From positions 6,255 to 70,254 of the forward strand of contig JBDRQT010000005.1 of the NCBI GenBank assembly GCA_043826135.1: DNA of 64,000 nt, written 5' to 3'. The DNA is from an archaeon (GTDB taxonomy: Archaea > Nanobdellota > Nanobdellia > Woesearchaeales > GW2011-AR15). A model generated the notes under the pieces. That model did not search any database. It was not told the origin of the DNA and saw only the letters and a list, made by a program, of their open reading frames with translations. Positions 36,272-46,206 of the stretch are shown piece after piece; position 1 is the stretch's first letter, and each line of letters begins with the position of its first letter. Both the position numbers and the translations under genes were made by a program.

Positions 36272-36997
36272 CTACTGGACATATATGAACGTGGCATTTA
36301 AATCTTTCTCTGACTTTAAACCCAAATCCGTTTTGGTAATCTCACCCAGGAATATGCCTCCGTTAGTATCTTTTTTAAACCATACAGCGTCAGTTATCTT
36401 GTCATAGTAGATGCCTTTGTCAAATTTCTCAAAATCAAATGACCTGACTTTTACATTGTTTATATCTTTTAAATTGTCTCCCCACATGATATTTGTAAAT
36501 CCTATCTGATTTTTCCAGTCCTCGTCAACAAATAGGTAGAAAACAAACTCCTTATTCTCGACTTTAGCAAGGATGAACGCATTCATAATCCCGTCATTTG
36601 GGTTCATGTTCTGTGAGATCTTTATTTTAGCATTTTTATCTGCCAGCTCAAGAAGTTCTGATGGTGAACTAGCATCTTGGAGGATATCAGGATCGACATA
36701 AGCTTCTGTAAATGGAATTCCTTGATAATATCCATGAGAGAAGAAAGTGACGCGCTTTCCATAATAATAATACTCCTGCTTTTTTCCGTCAAAGATGCTT
36801 AAAGTTTTTGTTGCCCTGTTTATATCTATAGTAATATCTTTTTGATGCTCAGAATTTCTGTTGTCGGAAATCCAATCAGATGGATCTTCTGTGAAATAAA
36901 CAGGTTCTGATTGCTTTGGGGTTGTGATCTTTATAATAACTACAATTAATATGATTACTGCAATAATTCCGCTTATCGTGATTGTCTTTTTTTCCAT
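36272..36997 (-). CDS. N-terminally anchored secreted protein, unknown function
   Basis: MEKKTITISGIIAVIILIVVIIKI. The start lies 1 nt after the stop of the 981-aa gene. Confidence 0.6.
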   Translation of the reverse strand: MEKKTITISGIIAVIILIVVIIKITTPKQSEPVYFTEDPSDWISDNRNSEHQKDITIDINRATKTLSIFDGKKQEYYYYGKRVTFFSHGYYQGIPFTEAYVDPDILQDASSPSELLELADKNAKIKISQNMNPNDGIMNAFILAKVENKEFVFYLFVDEDWKNQIGFTNIMWGDNLKDINNVKVRSFDFEKFDKGIYYDKITDAVWFKKDTNGGIFLGEITKTDLGLKSEKDLNATFIYVQ

Positions 36998-36998
36998 T

Positions 36999-39944
36999 TT
37001 AGCTACAGGTAAATGATTCGCTGCCATGCGCAGGCCATTTTAAGCAGGTGTTTTCTAGAGATGAATATAATAGATTTCCTGCAACACCACAAACCGCCCA
37101 GGATACAGGGGCAACAGTAGCGACAGGCGCGCCGACAACACTTGCAACGGCACCCGCAACTGTGCCAGAAGCGCATGCAAATGGTAGACCCCAGTTAAGG
37201 GCAGCATCACTGACTCCAAGCCATGCAGGTTCAACTCCTTTATAGCAATAGTTTGGATTTTCATTGTCCATCAGAGGATCAAACTCAATACATAGCGGTG
37301 TATATGGGTCGTTTGACCATGGCAGAGAGTCTCCAAACCCTTTTGGTTTGCAGTCTTTTATTATCTGGCCTGTATCAGAATCAATACCATAGAGCATTGG
37401 ATTCTGCCCATCAAAATTTTGAATTGTTGTATCATATACTGGATTGTATTTTCCTGTTTCATAAGTTGTATCTTTAAATTTAAGCTTTACCAGAAGGTCA
37501 TTGACACCAAGTGCATTGAACTGTTCATCACTTGGATTTCCATAGCATTCACATTGCGTGACTTTAATCATTACACTGGCTCCGCATGGGCTTACCAGAT
37601 GAAACCTTGTGTTTGGCTGGTCCTTCCAATACCAAACTTTGTCTCTAGCAAGGCTTAGATAATATCTATTTGCTTCAGGTACAAGTCCTAGGTATCTTTC
37701 AGTGTAATGTTTGTTCTGATAGTCTTTAGGCGGCTGCGCGCTTTCTTTATCTACCGGTTCCCACACTCCGCCAAAATAATTGAAATAATCAAGATATTTG
37801 TCTTTGTCTTTTGGCCACTGCCAGGTCTTTGTTAGGCTGTCATCAAACCTTACAACACCTTTGTATGGAGTTTTAAGCCCGATACTGTTAGTTCCAATAA
37901 AATAGAATTTCTCAGCCATATTAGCGGTTCTGTAGGTGCTTATCACCAATTCAGATGATAAGATAAATCTGTCAACAGATATGTCCTTAAAATTCATGTC
38001 CCTGGATGTTGGCCTGGGTTCAAGGACAATCTCTTTCATAATATTCTTTGCAATATCATCCATATCTTTATTTTCAAATTTATTTTTCAGTTTAGGATTC
38101 TTTTCCTGTTCTTCGAGCATCATTCCTAGAACAATACTTTTTCTAAGTTCATAGTCTCTCTTGTCTTTGCTGCCCATAGTGGATAATATTTCAGTATTCT
38201 TTAGGAAAATTGCTTGAAGTTCCTGTTTCCTCTGGTCACTGTCTACTTTATTTACTTCGTAGAGCTCAAGCATTTTGTCGTTTGACTGCGAACTAACCTT
38301 GAACATCCATCTGGTGTCAAATAACCCTGTTTTTAGATGTTCTTCAACACTTTCTGCAAGATATTCTGAAAATTTAGCATTGTTTTCCACTTGTGTAAAC
38401 GCGTTGACTGCATCCTGCTTGAATTGTGCTGAAAAGCCTGTATCGGTCATGGGAGCTTTGTTGGAGTCAAAATAGGAATCTGTTAGTGCAAGGAACTTTT
38501 CTTCATAATTGTATCTTTGGCCATTGGCCACATTTGCTTTTTCCGTATCCTCTTTATAATAATCATCGCTGATCATTGAGAAATATTTTGATATAATATA
38601 TTCTCCTCCGTATTTGACAATTACATAATCTTGGATGCCGCTATGAATATCTTCGATTTTTGTGTCTTTTCCTATGATGAAATTAGTAGTTTTTATAGTT
38701 GCTTGAGCAAGTTCATCAATTGCAGCATTGAAGTTTTTTATATTAGTAAAGTGAAAATTCAAGAGTGATTTTTGGAGAGTTATTGCTTTGGTTATTATTT
38801 CTCCCAAGACCAGTCTACCTTGTGGGGAATTTAGTACTGAATGCAAAGGTCCACCTGCTTTTGGTATCATCCTCACAGCAAACAAAAATCCTTCAACTGA
38901 TAAAAATGTCCCGAATTCACTGAAACTATTGTATCTCCAAAGTGAATCTTCCCCATCAGGAAACTGCTCATAATATATAATATACTTCGGATCACCATGA
39001 GGGAGGAAAGCCTTCGTAAACCATGTATTGTCAACATCCTGCGGCAAACTAAAATCCTTTATCATCATGGTGAACATCAAAGCATCAGCAGGAGTCTTGC
39101 ATTTCGCAAAATCATCAGTCACATAGACCTTGTCTACGCCTTTTGCATCTCCGCATATCCTTACGACATTGTTGTTCTGCCTGTTATTCTGGTTTGTGAT
39201 TGTTCCTCCTTTGATGCTATATTCCCAGTTTGCGACATTCCAGAAATCCCACCAAGCGTTTCCAGTCAAATCTTTTAATGATTTTTGGCATAAATCATCA
39301 CATAAATTAGAATCTGCCTGGAGGAGCTCAAACCCCTTTGGCAGGTCACTCTTCGTGACTTTTGTTGTTGTTGGAATTCCTGAAAAATCCATTGCATAGC
39401 ATCTGATATTCTCTCCTCTCATCTCCCTGAACATGTCAAGGCAGTCTACAGTGTCTTTTGCCAGTTGCTTTAGCAGCAGGTCTTTATTAGGTTCATTTAT
39501 CAAGATAAGATTCGTATCCATGATTGTTGGAATGACGCTTGTGTCTCCGTATTTTCTTCCGAAGCTTTGATAGGATCCTAGCTGGTCATAGCCTGCAGGA
39601 GGATTTCCTTTTACAATGGTTCCTGATTGGGTCACATACCAGTTTGCGTCAAGTTCATCCGCAATATTTACGTTGTCATCCCATTTCCAGCTATTCCCTG
39701 TGCTGTATGTATCAAACCATGCAAGCCTATTTACTGCGTATGTGAGCGCTTTCATTGAATTAATTGCTTCTTTATCCTCTCCTTCGAGCGCAGCATACCT
39801 GTCAATAAGATCCTGATCCAGGATACTCTTATCTATCAGTGCAAGAATTGGCTTGATTCCTTCTTTATAGTGGACTGCAATCTGGAGAGCTGCAAGTATG
39901 ACTATCAAAGTAAGAATGGCTTTTACTGCATTGTTCATCTCCAT
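36999..39944 (-). CDS. 981-aa surface protein with N-terminal anchor and C-terminal Gly/Ala-rich hydrophobic segment
   Basis: N-terminus MEMNNAVKAILTLIVILAAL. C-terminus ...ACASGTVAGAVASVVGAPVATVAPVSWAVCGVAGNLLY.. plus Cys. No known domain recognised. Confidence 0.75.
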   Translation of the reverse strand: MEMNNAVKAILTLIVILAALQIAVHYKEGIKPILALIDKSILDQDLIDRYAALEGEDKEAINSMKALTYAVNRLAWFDTYSTGNSWKWDDNVNIADELDANWYVTQSGTIVKGNPPAGYDQLGSYQSFGRKYGDTSVIPTIMDTNLILINEPNKDLLLKQLAKDTVDCLDMFREMRGENIRCYAMDFSGIPTTTKVTKSDLPKGFELLQADSNLCDDLCQKSLKDLTGNAWWDFWNVANWEYSIKGGTITNQNNRQNNNVVRICGDAKGVDKVYVTDDFAKCKTPADALMFTMMIKDFSLPQDVDNTWFTKAFLPHGDPKYIIYYEQFPDGEDSLWRYNSFSEFGTFLSVEGFLFAVRMIPKAGGPLHSVLNSPQGRLVLGEIITKAITLQKSLLNFHFTNIKNFNAAIDELAQATIKTTNFIIGKDTKIEDIHSGIQDYVIVKYGGEYIISKYFSMISDDYYKEDTEKANVANGQRYNYEEKFLALTDSYFDSNKAPMTDTGFSAQFKQDAVNAFTQVENNAKFSEYLAESVEEHLKTGLFDTRWMFKVSSQSNDKMLELYEVNKVDSDQRKQELQAIFLKNTEILSTMGSKDKRDYELRKSIVLGMMLEEQEKNPKLKNKFENKDMDDIAKNIMKEIVLEPRPTSRDMNFKDISVDRFILSSELVISTYRTANMAEKFYFIGTNSIGLKTPYKGVVRFDDSLTKTWQWPKDKDKYLDYFNYFGGVWEPVDKESAQPPKDYQNKHYTERYLGLVPEANRYYLSLARDKVWYWKDQPNTRFHLVSPCGASVMIKVTQCECYGNPSDEQFNALGVNDLLVKLKFKDTTYETGKYNPVYDTTIQNFDGQNPMLYGIDSDTGQIIKDCKPKGFGDSLPWSNDPYTPLCIEFDPLMDNENPNYCYKGVEPAWLGVSDAALNWGLPFACASGTVAGAVASVVGAPVATVAPVSWAVCGVAGNLLYSSLENTCLKWPAHGSESFTCS

Positions 39945-39945
39945 T

Positions 39946-40086
39946 TTAATTCAAAAAAGGTATAAAATCGCTTATCTCATATATTTTCCCTGAAAATATT
40001 CCAATCATAAGTATTATTATGACTATTGCAATTAAGGTTATGATTATCCAGCCAGCAAAATCCCATTGTATCCCCTTATCCGACAA
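39946..40086 (-). CDS. tiny prepilin-like protein (46 aa)
   Basis: The TTG at 40086 lies 9 nt after AGGAG and gives MSDKG/IQWDFAGWIIITLIAIVIIILMIG. The ORF-track form (to 40161) would overlap the upstream gene by 86 nt. Confidence 0.45.
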   Translation of the reverse strand: MSDKGIQWDFAGWIIITLIAIVIIILMIGIFSGKIYEISDFIPFLN

Positions 40087-40930
40087 GTGTGTCACACTCC
40101 TGAGAGACCATTCCCTGGTCCATAAATTTAATTGTGTTGATAAACCTTTGTTCATAATCACCGCCGTTGCTCATAAAATTTGGAACAACAAAATCCAGAA
40201 CCTGTTTTCCCAAGGTTTTGATATATAACTCATTTGTGGCAGTGAATACAACAGCATATTTGTCATTGAAATTGTAATCATAGTAATCCTGGTTGAAATG
40301 ATCAAGCAAGTCCTGGGTATATTCATAATAGGTAATATCCCTGCCAAGAGGTCCACTAGTCCTCATGAATTCATCAAGAGTAGCAGGTTCAGGAAGTATC
40401 TCGTTTGAATACACTTCTCCGAATTTATCCTTGACTTCTCCGGAATATTCAAAGACAGTGCATATGACGCATTGCCTTTCTGTTGTATAATCACTAAATA
40501 CGCTCACTTCACCAGCTACGAACTGCTCCCAGCAGTCGAATATATGCTCAGCCATCACCTCATTTACCTGAGCAAGATATTCACAATTTTGATAGACTCC
40601 GTGATCTGACTTGCACGAATCAAAACTGACTTTCTTATTTTCTTTCTTAAAAGGGATTTCGTATTTTGATTTTCCGCTTTCTTCAGAATATCCCTCCTTT
40701 GTAAATCTGACATACCTTGTCGGGCAATCGGTTCTCCAAATATCTACATTGGAGAGGGGCATCCTAACTTTAGAATTTGCGATGACAGAAAGTTGGCATG
40801 CTGCCTTGTCATAACTCTTGGATGCAGTTGTCATATAGATGAAATAGATGACTCCAAGAACAACCAATAGCCCAATGACTGCATAAATCAAATTTCCTGT
40901 CTCATCCAAAATAACAGCTCCTTTTTTCAT
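40076..40930 (-). CDS. prepilin-like protein (284 aa)
   Basis: MKKGA/VILDETGNLIYAVIGLLVVLGVIYF. Several Cys. Confidence 0.65.
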   Translation of the reverse strand: MKKGAVILDETGNLIYAVIGLLVVLGVIYFIYMTTASKSYDKAACQLSVIANSKVRMPLSNVDIWRTDCPTRYVRFTKEGYSEESGKSKYEIPFKKENKKVSFDSCKSDHGVYQNCEYLAQVNEVMAEHIFDCWEQFVAGEVSVFSDYTTERQCVICTVFEYSGEVKDKFGEVYSNEILPEPATLDEFMRTSGPLGRDITYYEYTQDLLDHFNQDYYDYNFNDKYAVVFTATNELYIKTLGKQVLDFVVPNFMSNGGDYEQRFINTIKFMDQGMVSQECDTLVG

Positions 40931-40933
40931 GTT

Positions 40934-41050
40934 TCAGTCAATATTTAGTATAGGTAATAGATTGTTTTTCAGGGCAACCAGGAAAAGTATTACAAAAATG
41001 ACAACAACAACTATTGAGATCCACATGCTGGTAATGCCCCTCTTTTTCAT
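40934..41050 (-). CDS. 38-aa prepilin-like micro-protein
   Basis: Hand-translated: MKKRG/ITSMWISIVVVVIFVILFLVALKNNLLPILNID*. Below the ORF-track cutoff. The stop lies 3 nt before the next start. Confidence 0.4.
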   Translation of the reverse strand: MKKRGITSMWISIVVVVIFVILFLVALKNNLLPILNID

Positions 41051-41125
41051 AGGGTATTTGTTATAAATAGAGTATATAATGTTTTCTATGAGAAGATGAA
41101 TTTTGGGTTTACAAATATTTAGAAA

Positions 41126-41389
41126 TTATTCAGTTTTTGGCTTGAACAATTCAACGCAGCAGAATTTAGTTGATGTGATATCTTCGCAGTTTGTACCTGG
41201 GATGTTGACTTCAAAAGTCTCGCATGCAGAGTCGCAGTGCGCGCCTGACCCCTGGGTTGTGCAATCCCTCACATTGTTTGCAAAAATCCTGGTCCTTCCG
41301 CCAAATATTGCGATTACAACAATTAACACAATAAGAGCTATTGCTGCAACAATTACAGTGTTAATAGAGATAGACTGCGCTTTTCTCAT
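41126..41389 (-). CDS. mini-pilin candidate (87 aa, 6 Cys)
   Basis: MRKAQ/SISINTVIVAAIALIVLIVVIAIF, then a roughly 55-aa domain with 6 Cys ending in CC. Paralog of 41487..41759. Confidence 0.75.
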   Translation of the reverse strand: MRKAQSISINTVIVAAIALIVLIVVIAIFGGRTRIFANNVRDCTTQGSGAHCDSACETFEVNIPGTNCEDITSTKFCCVELFKPKTE

Positions 41390-41486
41390 TGTTAAATAGT
41401 CTTTTGCCTAGCAGGTATTTAAAAGTTTCGAATATCGTAAAGATATTTATACAGAGATATCTGTTTTGATCGAAACAATCTGGCTT

Positions 41487-41759
41487 TTAGCCAGCATTGA
41501 CGCAGCAGACTTTTGTCTTGTCGACTTCAGTTCCTTTATAGCAGCTGTAGTCCCCTCTTACTCTACCATAAGGCGCAGCGCAATTCTCCTCAACGGTATT
41601 ATCAGCAATGCATGTTCCGCCGTTGTTCTCGCAGGAATCAGTATTTCGCTTGAACCTTGACATGTTTCCTGTGAAGATCATCATGATAAGGACCATGACG
41701 ATGAGAGCGATTGCTGCTACTACTATTGTGTTTATTGAGATTGATTGTGCTTTTTTCAT
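41487..41759 (-). CDS. mini-pilin candidate (90 aa, 6 Cys)
   Basis: MKKAQ/SISINTIVVAAIALIVMVLIMMIF, then 6 Cys with the same terminal CC. Confidence 0.75.
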   Translation of the reverse strand: MKKAQSISINTIVVAAIALIVMVLIMMIFTGNMSRFKRNTDSCENNGGTCIADNTVEENCAAPYGRVRGDYSCYKGTEVDKTKVCCVNAG

Positions 41760-41832
41760 TTTGTATTCTCTTTAATTATAACATATTTAATTCTTTTGAT
41801 TCTAGATATATTTCAGGTGATAAATAAATTAA

Positions 41833-44800
41833 TTATTCCCCCACACAAACTGCTCTATTAATTCCACCAGGTAGGTTCTTACAATTTCTTCCTAGATTAC
41901 TGCAAAAATCTGTTGTCCATAAACCGTTTGCATCACATGTGTAAACTGCATCCCAATTCCTGTTTCCACAAACACTATCACCTATATTATATTCTTTATC
42001 AATATTTGGATCTGCTGAATTAAAAAACAATGGAACAGAAACACCACATATTGCTGAAGATGCGCCTGCTCCTATTGCAGCTCCCCAACCAAAACCAGCC
42101 CATGTTAGAGTCCCCAAGCTAGCAGTACCAACTCCAACTCCTCCAAGCAATGCACCTCCTAAAGTAAGAACAGCACCACAAACTCCACCCAAAGTTGTAA
42201 TAGCTTGAGCGTTCATGCTTATATCTCCTTTGCATGTTGTTTGACTATCATTATAACAATAAGAATACCCATCATCTGTCTCTTTGCAACCACTAAAGCA
42301 AGGATAGTTTTGCCATTTAGAATCTTGGCAAATATACAAAGTTCCTTCATGCCAATTCTTTTCAGGATTTCCGCATATTCTCGTTCCTTGCTTGAAAGTG
42401 TAACCATCAGGATGAGTGCTGTCAGCTGTATACCCAGGATCACTCTGCAAATCTACGCTTCCTTTACAAAAATTCTCTGCAAAATCAACACTAGTCCCTT
42501 TTAGATTTAGGCAGCTTGCTCTTTCATAATTGCATGGTATTTGAGGTAAGGATTGATCAACAATATTTACTCCATTTGGATTCAACTTTGTCTTGACACC
42601 TAAACAAAATTGACCTGCAGTTTTGTCTCCTGGAACTCCTTTGTCATCAATTTGTGAAACACAAGCATTAGGTTCTCCTGATGCGAATTTAACATCACAA
42701 CAACTAAAAGAGGAATCACACAAAGCGTTTAATTCATCTCTATTGCATTTTCCATATTTATCCGCTGATATAAATTGAAGATTTTGTGCACATTTTCCAA
42801 ATTCTGCTTTTTCACTAATACTATTTGGATCCACAAAACAGTCTTTGGCTGGATCTATACAACAACCAACAATACCTTTACAAAGATTTGCATTAGTTTG
42901 AGTACATAAAGCCTTATCTACAACTTGACCTTTGTAATCTGCTGACAGACCATATTTTGTGCAGTCAGCCGAACCACCAACAGCCTGCATTTCTTCTGTG
43001 GTAAAATATTGAACAGGACAATAATTCAAAGTACTATCCTTTGTTCCCACACAGCATAATACATTTGTACCAGTGAGAGTTGGCGATCCAGGAGGAAGAG
43101 GTTGTGAGGGGCCACCAGGTCCTCCTTGTTCCATTGTTTGACCACAACAAATTTTTCCAATCGTGCAATCTACTGAAATAGTGTTATAAGTTGCATCAAC
43201 AACATCAGTACATGAAGTACTTTCGACACAATTTCCTATTTTTTTTGGCTTTGGATCAGAGTCAGTATTAATAGTATATTCACAGACAGCAGCAGCTTTC
43301 TTTAGAGCAATTGGCGACACCTGCATATTGCATTCTTCTTTCTTGAAATAGCCATTGCAGCAGTAAATCTGATCCTCTTTACCTGTATAAGGAGTGTTGC
43401 CGCAATAACATCCATTTTCCCCGTTAACAGTTGCATCAACTCCTGGTGTAAGTTTTCCAGGGCATATTTTGCATTTTTCAGAATTTCCATTTTTTTGACC
43501 GTTCTGGCATGTTGCACAAATGCCCCCAGTTGATAATTCACTATCAACATCTAGTAAGTATTTATCGCACTTGCCTTTGTAATCAAAGTAAATTAAGTTA
43601 TTCATTTCATTAATTTGGGTACTATCAGGATTACTCTTATCTCCATTAATATCACACAATGTACCCTCCCGTGAAAATCCAAGTTTGTCCCTTAATATTG
43701 CTAAGCAAGTAACAAGATAAGAGGCATCTCCAGTTCTTGGACCTCCGCAGCCATTAAGATAATTCAGCCTATCCTGAAGATTCGTACTGCATTTCTCAAA
43801 CCCGCCTTTAATTCCAGTGCCTTTAATTTCCAGATATGCATTTGCATATGCGTCAGCCTCTTTCATATCACTTCCAATCAGCCCTTTATTATTGACGATT
43901 ACGCCGACAGCATTCTCCCCTGCTTTAAGTTTACCCTCGCTTATCTTTGCAGAAATTGATATAAGGAATCTTGTGGGATTTAGTCTCCATAAACATATAT
44001 CACCACTGCTGCACGTAATTCCATCACCAGAATCAACTTTGTAATCTTTTTCAGGGCCAAGTGGTCCTAGCAGATTTCCTCCACATAATCCATTTTTGTT
44101 ACTTATAATTGTTGCCGGGTCAAATCCAGCATTAGTATCTCCTTTAGAACATGCTGCACCTGTAGGTTTCTGGGAGTCATAAAATATTGGAGCGAGCAAA
44201 TTCACTGAAGTTTTGGCATCTTTATTAAATGTATCAATGCAACTATCTCCTTTTTCATTCAAGACAAAATTAAATGCAGAATATCCTCCAACATATTCGC
44301 TTGGAGATCCGGTACTGGAATCAAATTTTATTGTATCTGAGGTAGAGTCAAAGATAACTTTGCTGAATCCATAAGTTTTTGGAGTAGCCATAATGGACTT
44401 GATTAATGCTATGTTGGTAGGGTCATCAAACTTATCTGTAATTGCACATGGTTCGCCTGTTATGGATTCAGCAATTCCATCTCCAACAGTCTCGTCAAAA
44501 AAGAACGAGAATACTTGTTCAGGAGTTGGTGAAGTTGTTGATTCTTGACCAAAAATTAACTTATAATATTCAGGATTGGTCTTCACTACATTTGCAAGAA
44601 GATATTTTCCAATAATTGTTTTATATTGGGCATAACAATTTGGCAAAGGATTTGTTTTTGTAATGTCATCAGCGTCCCAATCTTTAATCATTGCTTTGCA
44701 CTGGTCTACTGCTTTTTTATTTGTGCCTTTGGTCTCATCAAACACAGTATGAGGAAAACCAGCTTCATATTCAATATTATATTTTCTGTCTTTAACTTCC

Positions 44801-45951
44801 GGCGTTCCGCTTTGAACAGATCCGTGAAGTGCTTCAGTGCCAACATCGGTAGTGTCAGAAGCGGATTTTTCATCAAAGAATAGGCAATGGGCATTAGCCA
44901 TGTCTTCAGGTTTTAAATATGCACACTTACCCTCGGCACAGATTGAATTAGTGCTAGATTGCCATACGAACGTAACAGGTTGAGATTCTTCACTTGCGGC
45001 GATGGGTTGAATAGGCGACTGATAAACATAGTGCAATGGGATTCTAAATAAATTTGGAGGATTGTCTATGAGTTCTCCCTCCTTCCCGCAAGCAACCACA
45101 GCAATCGCAGTAAAATGTCCGACACTTGCGCTATAATAGAAATAGTCATCCTCTACCCTGAATGGCAGCGAAGTATAAGTGAACCATATGCCTGCATCTT
45201 CATCATAGTAGCCTAGTTTAAGTTCCTCTGGATTATATCCGACAGGAATATCATTTTTGCTTATCCTGATAGTGACAGTAAGAGGTGGGTCGAATGTCGC
45301 TCCGTCGGGCAGGCCTTCATATGCGACTTCTCCTACAACAACGCCATTATGCAGGCCGTTAAATTCCTTGTCCAGTGTTTTTATAGATACAACTTCAACT
45401 GGGTTTCCGTTCTTATCAAGGACAATTGTATCCTTGTCTGCCTTCATGACAAAATCATCATCCTGTGTGAGAAGAACAGTGCCGGCTGACATTATTCCAT
45501 TAGGGGTCTCGACAATTGTAGTGCTCCTGAATTTATATACAAAATCATGCAGGTCAATCTCATCACTGCCATGCTTTACATTTATCGGAAAAGAAAGCTC
45601 CACATATAGCTGGTTTTCGTTTATCGTTACTTTAGATGCAGGAGGTTCATATTCAAGATTATATCCCTTGAATATTCCAAAATCAATGCAGTCAAAAAGT
45701 CTTGAGTCGATATATGCTTCAAGGTCTTTTTCACTGTTCTGCAGACCGAAATTCTCTATTGCCTTAAGAGTTGTCTGTTCAAGGCAGCCTTCGACATAAA
45801 TCTTTAGGTTGCTTCTCATGCCAGAGAATTCAACGCTCTGGCTTTTTTCCCTTAGAAGAGTGCCCTGATCTCCAGAGTACAGGAAAAGACCGACAGTTAA
45901 AACTAAGACTAATCCGATTATAACATAAAGAGTTATGCTCCCCTTCCCCAT
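41833..45951 (-). CDS. 1372-aa Cys-rich surface protein with prepilin-like N-terminus and C-terminal glycine-zipper hydrophobic segment
   Basis: MGKG/SITLYVIIGLVLVLTVGLF. The N-terminal module is shared with 4909..6744. More than 80 Cys by eye in the C-terminal two-thirds. GGVCGAVLTLGGALLGGVGVGTASLGTLTWAGFGWGAAIGAGASS lies near the end. Confidence 0.8.
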   Translation of the reverse strand: MGKGSITLYVIIGLVLVLTVGLFLYSGDQGTLLREKSQSVEFSGMRSNLKIYVEGCLEQTTLKAIENFGLQNSEKDLEAYIDSRLFDCIDFGIFKGYNLEYEPPASKVTINENQLYVELSFPINVKHGSDEIDLHDFVYKFRSTTIVETPNGIMSAGTVLLTQDDDFVMKADKDTIVLDKNGNPVEVVSIKTLDKEFNGLHNGVVVGEVAYEGLPDGATFDPPLTVTIRISKNDIPVGYNPEELKLGYYDEDAGIWFTYTSLPFRVEDDYFYYSASVGHFTAIAVVACGKEGELIDNPPNLFRIPLHYVYQSPIQPIAASEESQPVTFVWQSSTNSICAEGKCAYLKPEDMANAHCLFFDEKSASDTTDVGTEALHGSVQSGTPEVKDRKYNIEYEAGFPHTVFDETKGTNKKAVDQCKAMIKDWDADDITKTNPLPNCYAQYKTIIGKYLLANVVKTNPEYYKLIFGQESTTSPTPEQVFSFFFDETVGDGIAESITGEPCAITDKFDDPTNIALIKSIMATPKTYGFSKVIFDSTSDTIKFDSSTGSPSEYVGGYSAFNFVLNEKGDSCIDTFNKDAKTSVNLLAPIFYDSQKPTGAACSKGDTNAGFDPATIISNKNGLCGGNLLGPLGPEKDYKVDSGDGITCSSGDICLWRLNPTRFLISISAKISEGKLKAGENAVGVIVNNKGLIGSDMKEADAYANAYLEIKGTGIKGGFEKCSTNLQDRLNYLNGCGGPRTGDASYLVTCLAILRDKLGFSREGTLCDINGDKSNPDSTQINEMNNLIYFDYKGKCDKYLLDVDSELSTGGICATCQNGQKNGNSEKCKICPGKLTPGVDATVNGENGCYCGNTPYTGKEDQIYCCNGYFKKEECNMQVSPIALKKAAAVCEYTINTDSDPKPKKIGNCVESTSCTDVVDATYNTISVDCTIGKICCGQTMEQGGPGGPSQPLPPGSPTLTGTNVLCCVGTKDSTLNYCPVQYFTTEEMQAVGGSADCTKYGLSADYKGQVVDKALCTQTNANLCKGIVGCCIDPAKDCFVDPNSISEKAEFGKCAQNLQFISADKYGKCNRDELNALCDSSFSCCDVKFASGEPNACVSQIDDKGVPGDKTAGQFCLGVKTKLNPNGVNIVDQSLPQIPCNYERASCLNLKGTSVDFAENFCKGSVDLQSDPGYTADSTHPDGYTFKQGTRICGNPEKNWHEGTLYICQDSKWQNYPCFSGCKETDDGYSYCYNDSQTTCKGDISMNAQAITTLGGVCGAVLTLGGALLGGVGVGTASLGTLTWAGFGWGAAIGAGASSAICGVSVPLFFNSADPNIDKEYNIGDSVCGNRNWDAVYTCDANGLWTTDFCSNLGRNCKNLPGGINRAVCVGE

Positions 45952-45976
45952 TTACTATATTCTCTAATTCTATTAG

Positions 45977-45984
45977 TATATAAA
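45977..45984 (-). promoter_or_regulatory. box A / TATA element for the 1372-aa gene
   Basis: Minus-strand AAAATTTATATAC lies 26-33 nt upstream of ATG 45951. An oligo-T run (minus strand, about 46178-46185) follows the stop of the upstream gene. Confidence 0.45.
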
Positions 45985-46206
45985 TTTTATTGTCGAGGTG
46001 CGGAGAAAGGGATTAAATTTAGAGTATCTCCCATTATAATATTGTTTTTATAAGTAAGTGTGGGCAAAGCAGGTTGGATGTTTACATAGGGATATCACTA
46101 ACACTCTCACATCTTTTGGAGGCTTATGAACAGAATTTGTGCCGCAAGACTTCTGAAGACAGCAAGATAGGCGGCTCCTAAAAAAAATAATATTTTTTAT
46201 TCAAAT

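Noticed and set aside
39946-40161. 71-aa form of the tiny pilin-like ORF
   Set aside because: Its first 25 codons overlap the 3' end of the 284-aa gene. A TTG at 40086 with an AGGAG 9 nt upstream gives a typical short prepilin-like leader instead.
45257-45799. 180-aa plus-strand ORF inside the 1372-aa gene
   Set aside because: Antisense to a long, well-supported gene. The Ser/Thr/Arg-rich composition is typical of a reverse-frame artefact.
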